From positions 1,760,001 through 1,824,000 of the forward strand of contig CAWGVS010000005.1 of the NCBI GenBank assembly GCA_963826115.1: a stretch of 64,000 nucleotides of DNA. The letters are read 5' to 3'. Below are positions 56,474-64,000 of this stretch, piece by piece (within the stretch, counting starts at the first letter, position 1; the number at the start of each line of letters is the position of its first letter). A program made the translations under genes and the position numbers. Below the pieces are notes generated by a model that saw only the letters and a list, made by a program, of their open reading frames with translations, was not told the origin of the DNA and did no database searches. This stretch comes from an uncultured Candidatus Rokubacteria bacterium (lineage in GTDB: Bacteria > Methylomirabilota > Methylomirabilia > Rokubacteriales > DASRDR01).

Positions 56474-56495
56474 GGTCCGTCTCCTTGTCGCTACG
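56472..56495. repeat. 24-bp direct repeat, left copy
   Basis: ACGGTCCGTCTCCTTGTCGCTACG, identical to 58032-58055; contains the ALDH RBS (AAGGAG on the minus strand). Confidence 0.92.
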
Positions 56496-56550
56496 TCCGT
56501 CGCCGGCCTCCACGGCGGCTAGCCTCGGAGGCAGCGACATCGAGCGATGC

Positions 56551-56970
56551 TCAGTTGAAACTCATGAGTCCCCACAACCACCCGTGGGGGTTCGCCCCGA
56601 ATCGAATGAGATTCACGATCTCACTGGCCAGGAACAGCCACGCATGAACTGATACGGGGACTGCATCCAAGACCCGTCGGCCAACGGCGCTCGCATCCTC
56701 AGTGAGCCCACACGCGTACGCTAGCAGGCCACCCAGCACTCCCGCCCCCAGCAAAAGCCAATACGGTAGGAGGAGGTTGGCTCCAAATGCCGCGGCTACA
56801 TCTCCGGTGACGAGATGAGCGATCCCGCGGACGACGCCGCACGACGGGCACGGAAATCCCGCCTGCCAAATCGGACATTGAAAAGGGTGATTCGTGATGA
56901 GCAGAGTCACCGCGAACCCCAGCATTACACCCAGGGCTGAACGTCTCAAGCCCTCGGAAACCATTCCCAC
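56551..56970 (-). CDS. DUF2752-family membrane protein
   Basis: CP....G.PCPSCG..R....L..GD...AF..N; atypical codon usage. Confidence 0.8.
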   Translation of the reverse strand: MGMVSEGLRRSALGVMLGFAVTLLITNHPFQCPIWQAGFPCPSCGVVRGIAHLVTGDVAAAFGANLLLPYWLLLGAGVLGGLLAYACGLTEDASAVGRRVLDAVPVSVHAWLFLASEIVNLIRFGANPHGWLWGLMSFN

Positions 56971-57719
56971 TCCCCCAACACGCCCGTAGCTCGCGCCTTC
57001 TCATTGCACATGAAGTAGTCGATCCACATCGGAAGAAGCCCGAGGCCAGCCGTGACGATCGTTATAAGGACCCAGACCAGCCACTTGACCCCTTGGCCAA
57101 GCTTGACGAAACCAACGGGAAAGCAAAGCAATGCCCAGAGTATGGCCTCGCCGGTCGGCATACCCTTCATCGGTCGACGAGCCTTGATCCGGTCTCCGCA
57201 GTGGGGACACGTAACCGCCAACGCGGATACTTGCCTTCCACATACTCGGCAAGCAACTAGCCCCGGAGACCTGGTCGCGGAGTCCGGCACCTCGGTCGGC
57301 CGAGCCGGACCCTGTCGAACCTCGCCAGCTTGATTCTGACTCCGTGTCCTGCCGCTGAAGCCCTCGGCGACCTTGCGAGGCTGAAGACCCGCAGCGTGCA
57401 AATGTTGCATTAGAGTATTGGCGTCCTCCTGGGATAGGCCTTGCCGAACGACAATCTCGTCCTTCTGGAGGAGGCTATACAGTTCCGCCACGGTCGCGCT
57501 CGGATATGATGCCTGCAACAAAGGCCTCAGGGCTTCATGGGATTCAGGGGAAGGCCTAGCGACGATGACCTGCCACGTGCGCTCGGCTTGGCCGACTGGC
57601 GCCGGGCCACCCAATGGCGCCCCCATTCCTCTGGTCGGGAATGGCACACCGCATTGCGGACATGTTGGAGCCTCGGTCGACACCTCCCTGCCACATTCAC
57701 GACACGGGGCAAGCGGCAT
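56946..57719 (-). CDS. Double zinc-ribbon membrane protein
   Basis: CRECG.EVS..A..CPQCG and CRVCG.QVS..A..CPHCG, L7/L12-like middle segment, TM2-like C-terminus; RBS GAGGAGG. Confidence 0.78.
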   Translation of the reverse strand: MPLAPCRECGREVSTEAPTCPQCGVPFPTRGMGAPLGGPAPVGQAERTWQVIVARPSPESHEALRPLLQASYPSATVAELYSLLQKDEIVVRQGLSQEDANTLMQHLHAAGLQPRKVAEGFSGRTRSQNQAGEVRQGPARPTEVPDSATRSPGLVACRVCGRQVSALAVTCPHCGDRIKARRPMKGMPTGEAILWALLCFPVGFVKLGQGVKWLVWVLITIVTAGLGLLPMWIDYFMCNEKARATGVLGEWEWFPRA

Positions 57720-57891
57720 CGTCAGACCTCCTCGACATGGGGCATTGATGCCTGAGTCAGGTCCATGCGTGCGCAACACCGAGTGTCCGAGTCACTCGGG
57801 CGACTGCCATCGCTTCTCCCTTCGGACGCGAGGCCACGACTCTCAAGCAACTATCCCGGGGGGTTTGCGAGCAGCCGGGTCTTTGAACTCC

Positions 57892-58033
57892 TCAGTGGCC
57901 GATGATCGCCGCGGTCGCGATCAAGAACGTCTCCAGGACTACCTCGACCACGATGTACTACCCGAAACCCGATCAGGTAGACGGCAACACCCAGCCGCGT
58001 CATGTCGTAGTCGAGCGCCTGGCGAACCGCGAC
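57892..58033 (-). pseudogene. 3' remnant of a second Yip1-family gene
   Basis: Translates VAVRQALDYDMTRLGVAVYLIGF versus VAVRQALDYDSTARAVGVCLIGL in the intact neighbour (16/23 identical); then an apparent frameshift and TGA at 57892. Confidence 0.75.
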
Positions 58034-58055
58034 GGTCCGTCTCCTTGTCGCTACG
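58032..58055. repeat. 24-bp direct repeat, right copy
   Basis: Identical to 56472-56495. Confidence 0.92.
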
Positions 58056-58058
58056 CCT

Positions 58059-58595
58059 TCAGGGCGCGATTCCGAGGGGGACGCCGAAGAGTCTCGACAG
58101 GGCGTAGAGCACCACCATGTTGAAGACCAGGCCGATCAGGCACACCCCGACCGCCCGGGCCGTCGAGTCGTAGTCGAGAGCCTGACGGACCGCCACCACC
58201 ATCGCCACCAGCATCCACAGGGACGCCACGAAGTCGACCAGCAGGCCGAGGCCCGGGACGACGCCGAGCACGCGGATCAGACCGGGCGTGGCCGAGAATC
58301 CGATGGTGCGGAGGAGCTGGCCGACGTCCGCCTGCGTCTTCGGCCCGGGAAGGATGCGGGTTCCCACGAAGTACGTGATGAAGGCCCAGACGTACCATCC
58401 TGCCAGGGACGCCAGCGTGGCCATCAGGAGCCCGCCGATCCCGACGACCCGCAGCACGGCAACGCCGGCCGCCAGGCTCGCGAGCACGACGACCAGCATC
58501 GCCTGCGGAGTCGCGGTCGCGTCGGCCTCCACTTCCTCGTACGTCGCGGCGTCGAGCCTGGCCGCTCCGAGCATCCGCTCCGTCAGGCTTGCCAT
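58059..58595 (-). CDS. Yip1-family membrane protein
   Basis: RM.GAA.LD..TYEEVEAD..AT.QA, LLR.IGF...PG, AVRQALD; about 5 TMs; RBS AAGGAGG. Confidence 0.85.
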   Translation of the reverse strand: MASLTERMLGAARLDAATYEEVEADATATPQAMLVVVLASLAAGVAVLRVVGIGGLLMATLASLAGWYVWAFITYFVGTRILPGPKTQADVGQLLRTIGFSATPGLIRVLGVVPGLGLLVDFVASLWMLVAMVVAVRQALDYDSTARAVGVCLIGLVFNMVVLYALSRLFGVPLGIAP

Positions 58596-58664
58596 GGGTC
58601 AGCCTCCTTCAAGGCCTTCGTCGATCGGGTCCACGCGGCGCGTGTCGAGCACGCGGCGCCGATT

Positions 58665-59924
58665 CTACTCGTCGGGAGGCGACCCGGCCAGTGGTCCCCC
58701 CGCGGGCGCCGGGGCGACCAGGCCGGGGCCGGACACCGCCCCCCGCCGGGCGAGGTCGTCGATCCGGTCGGGTCCGTATCCCAGCACGTCGGCGAGCACG
58801 GCCCGCGTGTCCTCGCCGGGCCGGTACGGCGCGGGGCCGGCGGGCGCGATCGCCTCGCCGTCCACGTGGAAGGGCGACGCGGTGATCCGCACGGGGCCGT
58901 ACGTCGGGTGCGGCACCGTGGGGAACGCCGCGCGCGCCTCGAGGTGCGGCGCGGAGACGACCTCCGCGGGCCAGAGCACGCGCGCGCACGGGATGCGCGC
59001 CGCGCTGAGCGCCACCAGCGCCGCGTCGGCCGTCGCGAAGCCCTCGAGCCAGGTCACGATGATCGGGCGGAGCTGGAGCCAGTTCTCGCGCCGGGCGGCC
59101 GGCGTGGCGAAGCGGGGATCCGCGGCGAGCTCGGGTCGCTGGAGGAGGTCGAGGAGCCGGGGCCAGAGGTCGAGGACCCCGACGATCTGGAGCGCGATCC
59201 AGCCGTCGCCCACCTGCTGGACGTGCATCCCGCTCCGCGAGCCCGGGTACGTCGGCCCGCCGTTCAGAGCGCTGCCGAAGCTGATGTCCTCGGCGCCGAT
59301 CAGCGCCTCCAGCATGGACACGTCGAGGTACGCGCCCCGGCCGGTGCGGCCCCGGCGGAGCAGCGCGCCGGCGATCGCGCCGAACGCGTGCGTGCCCGCG
59401 AGGATGTCGGCGGCCTGGAGGTACAGCACGCGCGGCGGCTCCCCGGCGCCGCGCTCCAGGTGCATCAGACCGGACGTGGCGTGGACGACGTGGGCCAGCG
59501 CCGGGCGGTTCCGCCACGGCCCCGTCTGCCCGTAGCCCGAGATCGAGCAATAGATGATGTCGGGCCGGACGGCCGTCGCCGCGGCGTAGTCGAGGCCAAG
59601 CCGCCCCATGACGCCCGGCCGGAAGTTCTCCACGACGACGTCCGCGACTCGGATGAGGTCGAGGGCCACCGCCCGGGCCTCGGCGTGGCCGAAGTCGAGC
59701 GACACCGAGCGCTTGCCGGCGTTGACCCGGACGAAGTAGCTGCTCTGGTCCGCTCGCTCCGCGTCGAGCTGGAGCGGCGCGGCCCGCATGTCGTCGCCGC
59801 GCGGCCGCTCGACCTTGATCACGCGGGCGCCCAGGTCGGCGAGGAGGCGGGTGCAGTAGGGTCCGGCCAGGACGCGGGTGAAGTCGACGACCGTGACGTC
59901 CTGCAGGAAGTCGGGGCCCGGCAC
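58665..59924 (-). CDS. CaiB/BaiF class III CoA-transferase
   Basis: LAGPYC..LLADLGA.VIKVE, N.GKRS, DVVVENFRPG, SISGYGQTGP, AD, GE.T..VL. Confidence 0.93.
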   Translation of the reverse strand: MPGPDFLQDVTVVDFTRVLAGPYCTRLLADLGARVIKVERPRGDDMRAAPLQLDAERADQSSYFVRVNAGKRSVSLDFGHAEARAVALDLIRVADVVVENFRPGVMGRLGLDYAAATAVRPDIIYCSISGYGQTGPWRNRPALAHVVHATSGLMHLERGAGEPPRVLYLQAADILAGTHAFGAIAGALLRRGRTGRGAYLDVSMLEALIGAEDISFGSALNGGPTYPGSRSGMHVQQVGDGWIALQIVGVLDLWPRLLDLLQRPELAADPRFATPAARRENWLQLRPIIVTWLEGFATADAALVALSAARIPCARVLWPAEVVSAPHLEARAAFPTVPHPTYGPVRITASPFHVDGEAIAPAGPAPYRPGEDTRAVLADVLGYGPDRIDDLARRGAVSGPGLVAPAPAGGPLAGSPPDE

Positions 59925-60005
59925 AGCGCTACGATAGGGAACCGCCGCGGGGCCCGCAAGAGCGGGGTGTGGTATACGACGGGTGTGCGCCACCACGGCG
60001 GGGCT

Positions 60006-60614
60006 GTGAGCGACGCCGACGCGCTGTGGCCACCGCCCGGCGCCGCGCCGGTCCTGACCGCCGCCGGCCTGTGGCTCCTCCTCGCCCTCCTCGTCGGCGT
60101 CTCCGGCCGGCTCGCGACGCTCCGGCCGCCGGCCCCGCAGATCCTGCTGGTCGGGCTGACGGTGGCGCTCCTGGTGACGGCGCGCTCCTGGACGCCGCTC
60201 CGCCGCTTCGTGGCCGCGGTCGACCTGCGGGTCCTGGTGCTCTTCCACGTCATCCGGTTCGTCGGCTTCTACTTCCTCGTCCTCCACGCGCGGGGGGAGC
60301 TGCCCTGGGACTTCGCCGTGCCCGGAGGCTGGGGTGACAACGTGACGGCAGCCGGCGCGGTGCTCCTCGTGCTGCTGGCGGGGCCCGACGGCCCGATCGG
60401 CCGCTGGCTCTACCTCGCCTGGAACGTGTTCGGGCTGATCGACATCGTCGGCGTGGTGGTGACCGCGGCGCGGCTCGCCCTCGCGGAGCCCGGGTCGATG
60501 CGCGCGCTCCTCCAGCTTCCCCTCTCGCTCCTCCTGACGTTCGTCGTGCCGCTCATCATCGCCACGCACGTCTGGATGCTCTGGCGGCTCCTGCGCCCGG
60601 CGCCGGCGCGCTGA
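60006..60614 (+). CDS. Hypothetical membrane protein
   Basis: About 6 TMs; H..R..G..F...G.LP..FA.P.GWGD and WN.FGL.D motifs. Confidence 0.75.
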   Translation: MSDADALWPPPGAAPVLTAAGLWLLLALLVGVSGRLATLRPPAPQILLVGLTVALLVTARSWTPLRRFVAAVDLRVLVLFHVIRFVGFYFLVLHARGELPWDFAVPGGWGDNVTAAGAVLLVLLAGPDGPIGRWLYLAWNVFGLIDIVGVVVTAARLALAEPGSMRALLQLPLSLLLTFVVPLIIATHVWMLWRLLRPAPAR

Positions 60615-60630
60615 CGCGGGCGGGCCGTCC

Positions 60631-61599
60631 GTGGCCGACTGGCGCGCCCCGGACCTCGAGATCCGGATCGGCGTCTCGGCGTGCCTCCTCGGCGAGACGG
60701 TGCGCTACGACGGCGGCCACAAGAAGGACGCCTTCGTCACGGACATGCTCGGTCGCTTCGTCACGTGGGTCCCCGTCTGCCCCGAGGTCGAGATCGGGTT
60801 GGGAACGCCGCGCGAGCCGATCCGGCTCGAGGGCGACCCGGCAGCGCCCCGCCTGGTCGGAACGAAGACCGGTGTGGACCTCACGCGGCGCATGACCGAC
60901 TACGCGCGCCGCCGCGTGGCGGCGCTCGCCGAGCTCGGGCTCTCCGGGTACGTGCTCAAGCGCGCGTCGCCGTCCTGCGGGATGGAGCGGGTCAAGGTGT
61001 ACTCGCCGGCGGGGATGCCGGACCGCCGGGGGCGCGGCCTGTTCGCGAGCACCCTCGTCGCCGCGCTTCCGCTCCTGCCGGTCGAGGAAGAGGGGCGGCT
61101 CGGAGACCCGCGCCTCCGCGAGAGCTTCATCACGCGCGTGTTCGCCCACCGCCGGCTGGCGGCACTCCGCGAGTCGGGTGGCCGGCCGCGGGACGTGATC
61201 GGGTTCCACGCGGCCCACAAGTACCTGCTCCTCGCGCACAGCCCGCGCCACTACGCGGCGCTGGGGCGCCTGGTGGCGGAGCGGCCCGCCGGCGCGCGCG
61301 GGCGGTGGCTCGACGGCTACGCGGAGCAGTTCATGACGGCGCTCCGCGTGCCGGCGACGGTGAAGAAGCACGTCAACGTCCTCCAGCACCTCCTCGGCTT
61401 CTTCAAGGACCGCCTGACCGCCGCCGAGAAGCGGGAGCTCCTCGGCCTGGTGGACGACTACGCGCGGGGCCTCGCACCCCTCGTCGTGCCGATCACCCTC
61501 GTCAACCACTACGTGGCCCGGTTCGACGTTCCCTACGTCCGCGACCAGGTCTATCTCCGCCCGCACCCGAAGGAGCTCATGCTGCGCAATCACGTGTGA
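60631..61599 (+). CDS. DUF523+DUF1722 protein (YbgA / 2-thiouracil desulfurase-like)
   Basis: IGVSACLLGE.VRYDGGH, CPEVE.GLG.PRE, SPSCG, EEEGRL, FHA.HKYLL.AHS, Y..P.P.EL.LR. Confidence 0.92.
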   Translation: MADWRAPDLEIRIGVSACLLGETVRYDGGHKKDAFVTDMLGRFVTWVPVCPEVEIGLGTPREPIRLEGDPAAPRLVGTKTGVDLTRRMTDYARRRVAALAELGLSGYVLKRASPSCGMERVKVYSPAGMPDRRGRGLFASTLVAALPLLPVEEEGRLGDPRLRESFITRVFAHRRLAALRESGGRPRDVIGFHAAHKYLLLAHSPRHYAALGRLVAERPAGARGRWLDGYAEQFMTALRVPATVKKHVNVLQHLLGFFKDRLTAAEKRELLGLVDDYARGLAPLVVPITLVNHYVARFDVPYVRDQVYLRPHPKELMLRNHV

Positions 61600-61678
61600 G
61601 CCGGGTCGCGCGTCGCGTCCGTCCGGTCGTCCCCCTTCCCTTGTCCCCGGGGGTCGAACCGGTGACAATCACCCGCGT

Positions 61679-63022
61679 ATGAGCCGTCGAGTGGCCGAGG
61701 ATGTCCTCGACTGCGTGGTCGTCGGAGCCGGCGCGGCGGGGCTGGCGGCGGCGGCGAGCCTCCACGAGGCCGCCCGGACGTTCGTCGTCCTCGAAGCCCG
61801 CGACCGCATCGGCGGGCGAGCCCACACGGTCCGGCTGTCCGGCGGGCAGGCCGCCGAGCGGGGCGGCGAGTACCTCCACGGCGCCCGGGTCGCGACGTGG
61901 GAGTACGTGGCGCGCTTCGGCCTCGCGACGCACCTCGCCAGCGGACCCACGCGCATCGGCGTTCCCGAGTACCGTCGCGGCGAGTGGTGGCCTGCCGGCG
62001 CATCCGACTCCGACCGGGCGCTCCAGGGGCTGGGCGCGGCGCTCGACATCCCCGATGCCGCCGAGGTGAGCCTCCGGGACGCGCTGAGCCGCGCCGGCTT
62101 CTCGGGCGACCGGCTGCGCGCCGCCGAGGGTCGGATGGAGGTCCTTTCGCCGATCGACCCGACGGTCGTCAGCGCGCGCGCGGCGGCGGCGGCCTGGCGC
62201 CTCGTGGCGCCGGAGACCGCCTGCTTCGTCCTGGTCGACGGCTACGGCCAGCTGTGGGACAAGCTGAGCCGCCCGTTCGCGGATCGCATCCTGCTCTCGT
62301 CTCCGGTGACTGCCCTCGACTGGTCCTCGGCGGGCATCACCGCCCACGTCGACGGCGGAACGTTCGCGGGCCGGACCGCCATCCTCACGCTGCCGCTCGG
62401 TGTCCTCCAGTCCGGGGCGATGGCCATTCGACCGGCCCTGCCGGAACGGAAGCGCGCGGCCATCGACGGCCTGCGGAGCGGCGCCATCGTCAAGGTGATC
62501 GCCGAGTTCCGCCGGCCGTTCTGGGAGTCCCGAACCGGCACGGTTCCGAGCTTCCGCGCGCCCGACTCGCCCTTCTTCGCCTTCCGTGTCTCGTTCTGGG
62601 ACCGACCCGGCCCGCCGACCCTGGTCGCGTTCCTCGGCGCCGCGTCGGCGCTCGCCGTCACCGGACACCGGGAGCGCGTCGCTGAGCTCCTCCGCCAGGT
62701 GCTCGGAGAGATGTTCCCGGAGACCGACGTCCGCGAGGAACTGGTGCGCCTCGAGGTGGCCGACTGGCCGGCGGATCCTTGGGCGCGGGGCGCCGTCAGC
62801 GTCGAGCCCGTCGGAGGGGCCCACTTGCGCGCCGACCTGGCCCTGCCCACCCCGCCCCTCTTCTGGGCGGGCGAGGCGACGGCCACCGACGGCGGCGCCG
62901 AGTGCGTGCACGGCGCGCTCACGACCGGGCGGCGGGCCGTGGTGGAGGCGCTGCACCTCGTGCGGCCGGCGTCGGTCACCGATCCGACGAGCCGACTGGA
63001 GTGGGCCCGGTATCGCGACTGA
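61679..63022 (+). CDS. Flavin monoamine oxidase-family FAD oxidoreductase
   Basis: VVGAGAAGL, LEARDRIGGR, G.EYLHG, TLPLGVL, W..DP.ARG, FWAGEAT, VHGA..TG.RA. Confidence 0.9.
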   Translation: MSRRVAEDVLDCVVVGAGAAGLAAAASLHEAARTFVVLEARDRIGGRAHTVRLSGGQAAERGGEYLHGARVATWEYVARFGLATHLASGPTRIGVPEYRRGEWWPAGASDSDRALQGLGAALDIPDAAEVSLRDALSRAGFSGDRLRAAEGRMEVLSPIDPTVVSARAAAAAWRLVAPETACFVLVDGYGQLWDKLSRPFADRILLSSPVTALDWSSAGITAHVDGGTFAGRTAILTLPLGVLQSGAMAIRPALPERKRAAIDGLRSGAIVKVIAEFRRPFWESRTGTVPSFRAPDSPFFAFRVSFWDRPGPPTLVAFLGAASALAVTGHRERVAELLRQVLGEMFPETDVREELVRLEVADWPADPWARGAVSVEPVGGAHLRADLALPTPPLFWAGEATATDGGAECVHGALTTGRRAVVEALHLVRPASVTDPTSRLEWARYRD

Positions 63023-63071
63023 GCATCCCGGGGCGCGCGCGGCGTCCCGTGACGCGGGAGGGCTTGAGCGG

Positions 63072-63815
63072 ATGGGCGTGCTCGTGGTGACAGGGGGAAG
63101 CCGCGGCATCGGGGCCGCCATCGCGAAGCTCGCGGCCAAGAAGGGCTACGACGTGTGCGTCAACTACCAGCGCGCGCGAGAGCGTGCGGACGAGGTGGCG
63201 GCCGCCGTGCGCGCCGAGGGGCGGCGGGCCCTCGTGGTCCAGGCCGACATCGCCCGCGAGGACGACATCGTGGCCATGTTCCGCGCGGTGGACCGGGAGC
63301 TCGGTCCGATCGACGCGCTCGTCAACAACGCCGGGATCGACTACGAGCGTCTGGTGGCGGACGTGGAGCTCGCGGGTGTCGAGCGGGTCTTCGACGTCAA
63401 CGTCATCGGCCTGATCCTGTGCTGCCGGGAGGCGGTGCGGCGCATGAGCCGCGATCGCGGGGGCCGCGGGGGGGCCATCGTCAACATCAGCTCGGTGGCG
63501 GCGCGCACCGGGGGCCTGCCCAGGGACGCCGTCTACACTGCCTCCAAGGGGGCGGTCGATGCCTTCACCCGGGGGCTCTCGAACGAGGTCGCCGGCCAGG
63601 GCGTCCGCGTCTGCGCGGTCCGGCCCGGGCTCACCCTCACCGAGATCTTCGAGAGCACGCTCGGCCAGGAAGGCGTCACCGACCTGGCGCGCCGGGCGGT
63701 GCCGATGGGCCGGATCGGTCAGCCCGCGGAGGTCGCGGCGATGGTCCTGTGGCTCTGCTCGCCCGAGGCGAGCTACGTGACGGGCTTCACCTACGACGTG
63801 AGCGGGGGCCGATGA
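63072..63815 (+). CDS. SDR-family oxidoreductase
   Basis: [31 protein letters not shown]. Confidence 0.93.
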   Translation: MGVLVVTGGSRGIGAAIAKLAAKKGYDVCVNYQRARERADEVAAAVRAEGRRALVVQADIAREDDIVAMFRAVDRELGPIDALVNNAGIDYERLVADVELAGVERVFDVNVIGLILCCREAVRRMSRDRGGRGGAIVNISSVAARTGGLPRDAVYTASKGAVDAFTRGLSNEVAGQGVRVCAVRPGLTLTEIFESTLGQEGVTDLARRAVPMGRIGQPAEVAAMVLWLCSPEASYVTGFTYDVSGGR

Positions 63816-64000
63816 CCCAGCCCATCCGGGTCCTGATCGCCAAGGTCGGCCTCGACGGGCACGACCGGGGCGCCAAGGTCGTCGCGCGGGCCCTCCGGGA
63901 CGGCGGGATGGACGTGATCTACACCGGCCTCCACCGGACGCCGGAGGAGGTCGTCGCGGCCTGCGTCCAGGAGGACGTGGACGTCCTCGGCGTGAGCATC
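63812..64000 (+). CDS. Cobalamin-binding domain protein (methylmalonyl-CoA mutase small-subunit type), truncated by the window end
   Basis: [40 protein letters not shown]...[10 protein letters not shown] (DxHxxG motif); ATGA overlap with the SDR stop. Confidence 0.9.
   Translation, partial: MTQPIRVLIAKVGLDGHDRGAKVVARALRDGGMDVIYTGLHRTPEEVVAACVQEDVDVLGVSI

Noticed and set aside
56496-58031. Integron cassette, prophage or composite transposon
   Set aside because: No attC-like sites, integrase, tRNA target or terminal inverted repeats seen.
1-64000. rRNA, tRNA or defence-system genes
   Set aside because: Intergenic gaps are short and none shows tRNA/rRNA signatures; no nuclease, RT or defence-associated domains recognised.

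Overview
Very GC-rich bacterial chromosomal segment, densely coding (about 68 genes). Gene content and codon style suggest Candidatus Rokubacteria/Methylomirabilota, but this is inference only. I found no rRNA, tRNA or CRISPR array. Most genes are housekeeping or catabolic (acyl-CoA dehydrogenases, citrate synthase, CoA ligase/transferase, SDRs, ALDH, CorA, ABC/MFS transporters). Six regions stand out. (1) A co-oriented putative cAMP-cell-envelope module: cNMP-gated MscS, membrane adenylate cyclase, LysM-polysaccharide deacetylase lipoprotein and LysM-TPR lipoprotein, next to a convergent HD-GYP gene. (2) An aromatic amino acid decarboxylase embedded in a HlyD/ABC efflux operon that sits between the two subunits of an M16 peptidase. 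(3) A DapF with both catalytic Cys replaced by Ser. (4) A YdbH-like bridge protein followed by two tandem YnbE/YdbL-type lipoproteins. (5) An aryl-polyene/flexirubin-like tailoring module without the PKS core. (6) A lower-GC 1.5-kb islet bounded by an exact 24-bp direct repeat and carrying a Yip1 paralog remnant. Also present: an IS1202/ISNCY-like end remnant, many apparently leaderless genes, and three single-base frameshifts that may be sequencing errors. All family calls come from motif recognition by eye, not from database searches.
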